Shown piece after piece: positions 28,525-32,000 of a DNA stretch of 32,000 nucleotides (positions are counted from its first letter, which is position 1; each line of letters starts with the position of its first letter). This DNA is from an uncultured Actinomycetes bacterium (GTDB lineage: Bacteria > Actinomycetota > Actinomycetes > S36-B12 > CAIYMF01). Both the position numbers and the translations under genes were made by a program. The notes below the pieces were generated by a model. That model saw only the letters and a program-made list of their open reading frames with translations. It was not told the DNA's origin and did no database searches. The stretch spans positions 900,001 through 932,000 of the forward strand of contig CAWJMG010000003.1 in NCBI GenBank assembly GCA_963843975.1, in the 5' to 3' direction.

Positions 28525-29064
28525 TCAGGCGGTCGTGTCGGCGTCGACGAGGTCGTCGTCCTCGTCGTCGTACGCCTCGAGCGCGAGGGGCTCGCGGTCG
28601 AGCGAGAACTTGGTGCGCGGCCAGGCAACCAGCCAGGTGGCCATGCCGACGAACAGGAAGTCGCGCAGCAGGTAGCCGACGTAGCGAAGGGTCTTGCCGT
28701 CCTCGGTGACGTCGCCGCCGCCGCCGAAGCAGCCGCACTCGATCGAGTAGCCGCGGACCCAGACGCTGACCACGCCGATCATGAAGCCGAGCATCAGCAG
28801 GGCTGTGGCGAGTGCGGCCCAGCGGGTGAACAGACCCACGAGGAGGAGGGCACCGAGCACCAGCTCGAGGATGGGCAGCCCCCAGGACAGCAGCGGCACG
28901 AGAGCGTCGGGCACGAGGCGGTAGGCGATGATCACCGACCGGGCGCCGTCGGCCTCGAAGAGCTTGGGCACGGCAGCGAAGAAGAGGATGCCGGCGAGAG
29001 CGACGCGCAGCAGCGTGCCGGTCCAGGCTCGGAGCTCGGAATTCACGGGCTGATCATCCCTCAT
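28525..29064 (-). CDS. MauE/DoxX-family membrane protein (redox partner-like, CxC motif)
   Basis: 179-aa ORF with four predicted TM helices and IECGCFGGGG, characteristic of the MauE family. Such genes commonly neighbour DsbA-like genes in actinobacteria. Acidic C-terminal tail (YDDEDDDLVDAD). Confidence 0.7.
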   Translation of the reverse strand: MRDDQPVNSELRAWTGTLLRVALAGILFFAAVPKLFEADGARSVIIAYRLVPDALVPLLSWGLPILELVLGALLLVGLFTRWAALATALLMLGFMIGVVSVWVRGYSIECGCFGGGGDVTEDGKTLRYVGYLLRDFLFVGMATWLVAWPRTKFSLDREPLALEAYDDEDDDLVDADTTA

Positions 29065-29164
29065 GAGTACGCGGCAGGCCGGTACCGACCCCCTGGAGGG
29101 ACGCTCCCGGCGTCCCGGTTGTTCCCCGAACCCGCCGAGCGTTGCCGGGATGTGACCCGGTCGG

Positions 29165-29964
29165 TCAGGCGTGGGCGCGGTGCCGGACGCCCTCGGCCAG
29201 CTCGGCGGCGAGCCGCCCTACCGCAGCCACCCCAGCCTCGGGGGTCTCCGCGTCGAGCAGCAGGCGAACGAACGCCGAACCGACGATGACGCCGTCGGCG
29301 TACTCCGCGACGTCGGCCGCCTGGGCCGGGGTCGAGACGCCGAGCCCGACGGCGACCGGGAGGCTCGTGCGCGGCCGGGTGCGGGCGACGAGCTCGGGGG
29401 CCGCGGCCGACACCGACTTCACGCCGGTGACACCCATGAGCGACGCGGCGTAGACGAAGCCCGAGGTGATGCCGCAGACGACGTCGATGCGCTCGTCGGA
29501 GCTGCTGGGGGCGACCAGGAAGACCCGGTCGAGGCCCGCGGCGTCGGTGGCCTCGATCCAAGGGCCGGCCTCCTCGGGCGTGAGGTCGGGCGTGATGACG
29601 CCGGCTCCTCCGACGGCGGCGAGGTCGCGCGCGAAGCGCTCCACGCCGTACCGCTCGATGGGGTTCCAGTAGGTCATGACCAGGGTCGGCGCACCGGTGC
29701 GCGCGACGGCCTCGGCCGTGGCGAGCACGTCCTTGGTGGTGGTGCCCTGCGCGAGCGAGCGCTCGGCGGCGGCCTGGATGGTCGGGCCGTCCATGAGCGG
29801 GTCGGAGTACGGCAGGCCGATCTCGACGATGTCGACGCCGTTCTCGACCATCACGCGGATCGCGTCGACGGCACCGTCGACGGTCGGGAAGCCGGCCGGC
29901 AGGTAGCCGATGAGGGCCGACCGGCCCTCGGCCTTCGCCGAGGCGAAGGCCTCGTGGAGCTTGC

Positions 29965-29968
<4 letters not shown>
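29165..29968 (-). CDS. trpA: Tryptophan synthase alpha chain
   Basis: 267 aa from GTG 29968: [28 protein letters not shown]...[20 protein letters not shown]...YWNPI...[13 protein letters not shown]...VGLGVS. GTG overlaps the trpB stop (GTGA 29965-29968). Confidence 0.95.
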
Positions 29969-31212
<1,244 letters not shown>

Positions 31213-31240
31213 GCGTGCAGTCTCTCAGTGGTCGGGTGAG

Positions 31241-32000
31241 TCAGCCACGTGTGTTCTTGACGGCGGGGTGCGCGCCCGCGGCCACGAGGTCGTGCACCGC
31301 GGTGCGCGGGTCGCCGCCGGTGACGAGGCTCTCCCCCACCAGCACGGCGTCGGCACCCGCGTGCGCGTAGGCGATGAGGTCGTGCGGGCCGCGGACGCCC
31401 GACTCGGCGATCCGCACGCACGAGGTCGGGATGCTCGGGGCGACGCGGGCGAAGGTCTCGCGGTCGACCTCGAGGGTCTTGAGGTTGCGGACGTTGACGC
31501 CGATGACGGTCGCACCGGCGTCGACGGCGCGCGCGACCTCCTCCTCGTCGTGCACCTCGACGAGCGGCGTGAGCCCGAGCGAGCGCGCCCGCTCGATGAG
31601 CGACACCAGCGCCTCCTGCTCGAGGGCCGCGACGATCAGCAGCGCGAGGTCGGCGCCGTACGCGCGGGCCTCCCACAGCTGGTAGCTCGAGACGATGAAG
31701 TCCTTGCGCAGCACAGGGATGTCGACGGCGGAACGGACCGCCGCGAGGTCGTCGAGCGAGCCGTCGAAGCGGCGCTGCTCGGTGAGCACGCTGATGATGT
31801 GCGCGCCGCCGGCCTCGTAGTCGCGCGCGAGGGCGGCGGGGTCGGTGATCGCGGCGAGCGCACCCTTGCTGGGGCTGGAGCGCTTGACCTCGGCGATCAC
31901 GGCGACGCCGTCCTGGCGCAGGACGGCCTCGGCGTCGAGCGCCGCGCGGCGACCGGCCGCCATCCGCTTGAGCTCGTCGAGGCTCGTGCGCTCCTGCCGC
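31241..32000 (-). CDS. trpC: Indole-3-glycerol-phosphate synthase, 3' ~253 codons; 5' end beyond window
   Basis: [55 protein letters not shown]. The frame stays open upstream of the track's ATG 31963 to the window edge (..[16 protein letters not shown]..), consistent with the normal TrpC N-terminus lying outside the window. Confidence 0.93.
   Translation of the reverse strand, partial: RQERTSLDELKRMAAGRRAALDAEAVLRQDGVAVIAEVKRSSPSKGALAAITDPAALARDYEAGGAHIISVLTEQRRFDGSLDDLAAVRSAVDIPVLRKDFIVSSYQLWEARAYGADLALLIVAALEQEALVSLIERARSLGLTPLVEVHDEEEVARAVDAGATVIGVNVRNLKTLEVDRETFARVAPSIPTSCVRIAESGVRGPHDLIAYAHAGADAVLVGESLVTGGDPRTAVHDLVAAGAHPAVKNTRG

Noticed and set aside
31213-31240. Small trpX-like ORF or leader peptide/attenuator between trpC and trpB
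   Set aside because: The spacer is only 28 nt, leaving no room for an ORF or a terminator/antiterminator structure.

Overview
Very high-GC chromosomal core region, by eye typical of Actinomycetota. It is syntenic with the Streptomyces/Mycobacterium pyr-gmk-rpoZ-coaBC-metK-priA block and with the trpCBA-lgt / gltBD / pyk blocks. Almost all genes are on the minus strand. Read 5'->3' on that strand the order is: trpC(partial)-trpB-trpA, mauE/doxX-like, dsbA-like, lgt, VIT1/CCC1-like, gltB-gltD, pyk, [bldD on +], pyrR-pyrB-pyrC-carA-carB-pyrK-pyrD-pyrF, [GNAT on +], three uncharacterised envelope ORFs, mihF-gmk-rpoZ-coaBC-metK-GNAT-priA(partial). I see no tRNA/rRNA, CRISPR array, transposase/integrase, toxin-antitoxin or defence-like genes, and no convincing novel multi-gene system; this is housekeeping DNA. 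Five things deserve a second look. (1) Ten single-nucleotide reading-frame breaks occur in otherwise perfectly conserved genes. Nine are packed into 2.6 kb (pyrC x2, pyrB x4, pyrR x2, bldD x1) and one is in gltB, while 13 kb of the same pyr operon downstream is clean. This is either a locally poor consensus or very recent pseudogenisation. (2) gmk has its P-loop upstream of any ATG/GTG/TTG. The only start-like codon is a CTG in a CTGA overlap with the mihF stop, at the position where other junctions use GTGA/ATGA. (3) There are candidate regulatory RNA/DNA sites: a PyrR-binding hairpin abutting the pyrR SD, a perfect BldD-box palindrome in front of bldD, and a leaderless-type pyk promoter. (4) Two unusually long hairpins (24-25 bp stems, one perfect and one with a single bulge) fill the two convergent gene junctions. 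(5) A small variable islet of unknown secreted/membrane proteins lies between mihF and pyrF. The many long plus-strand ORFs in the track are shadow ORFs of a stop-poor high-GC sequence.
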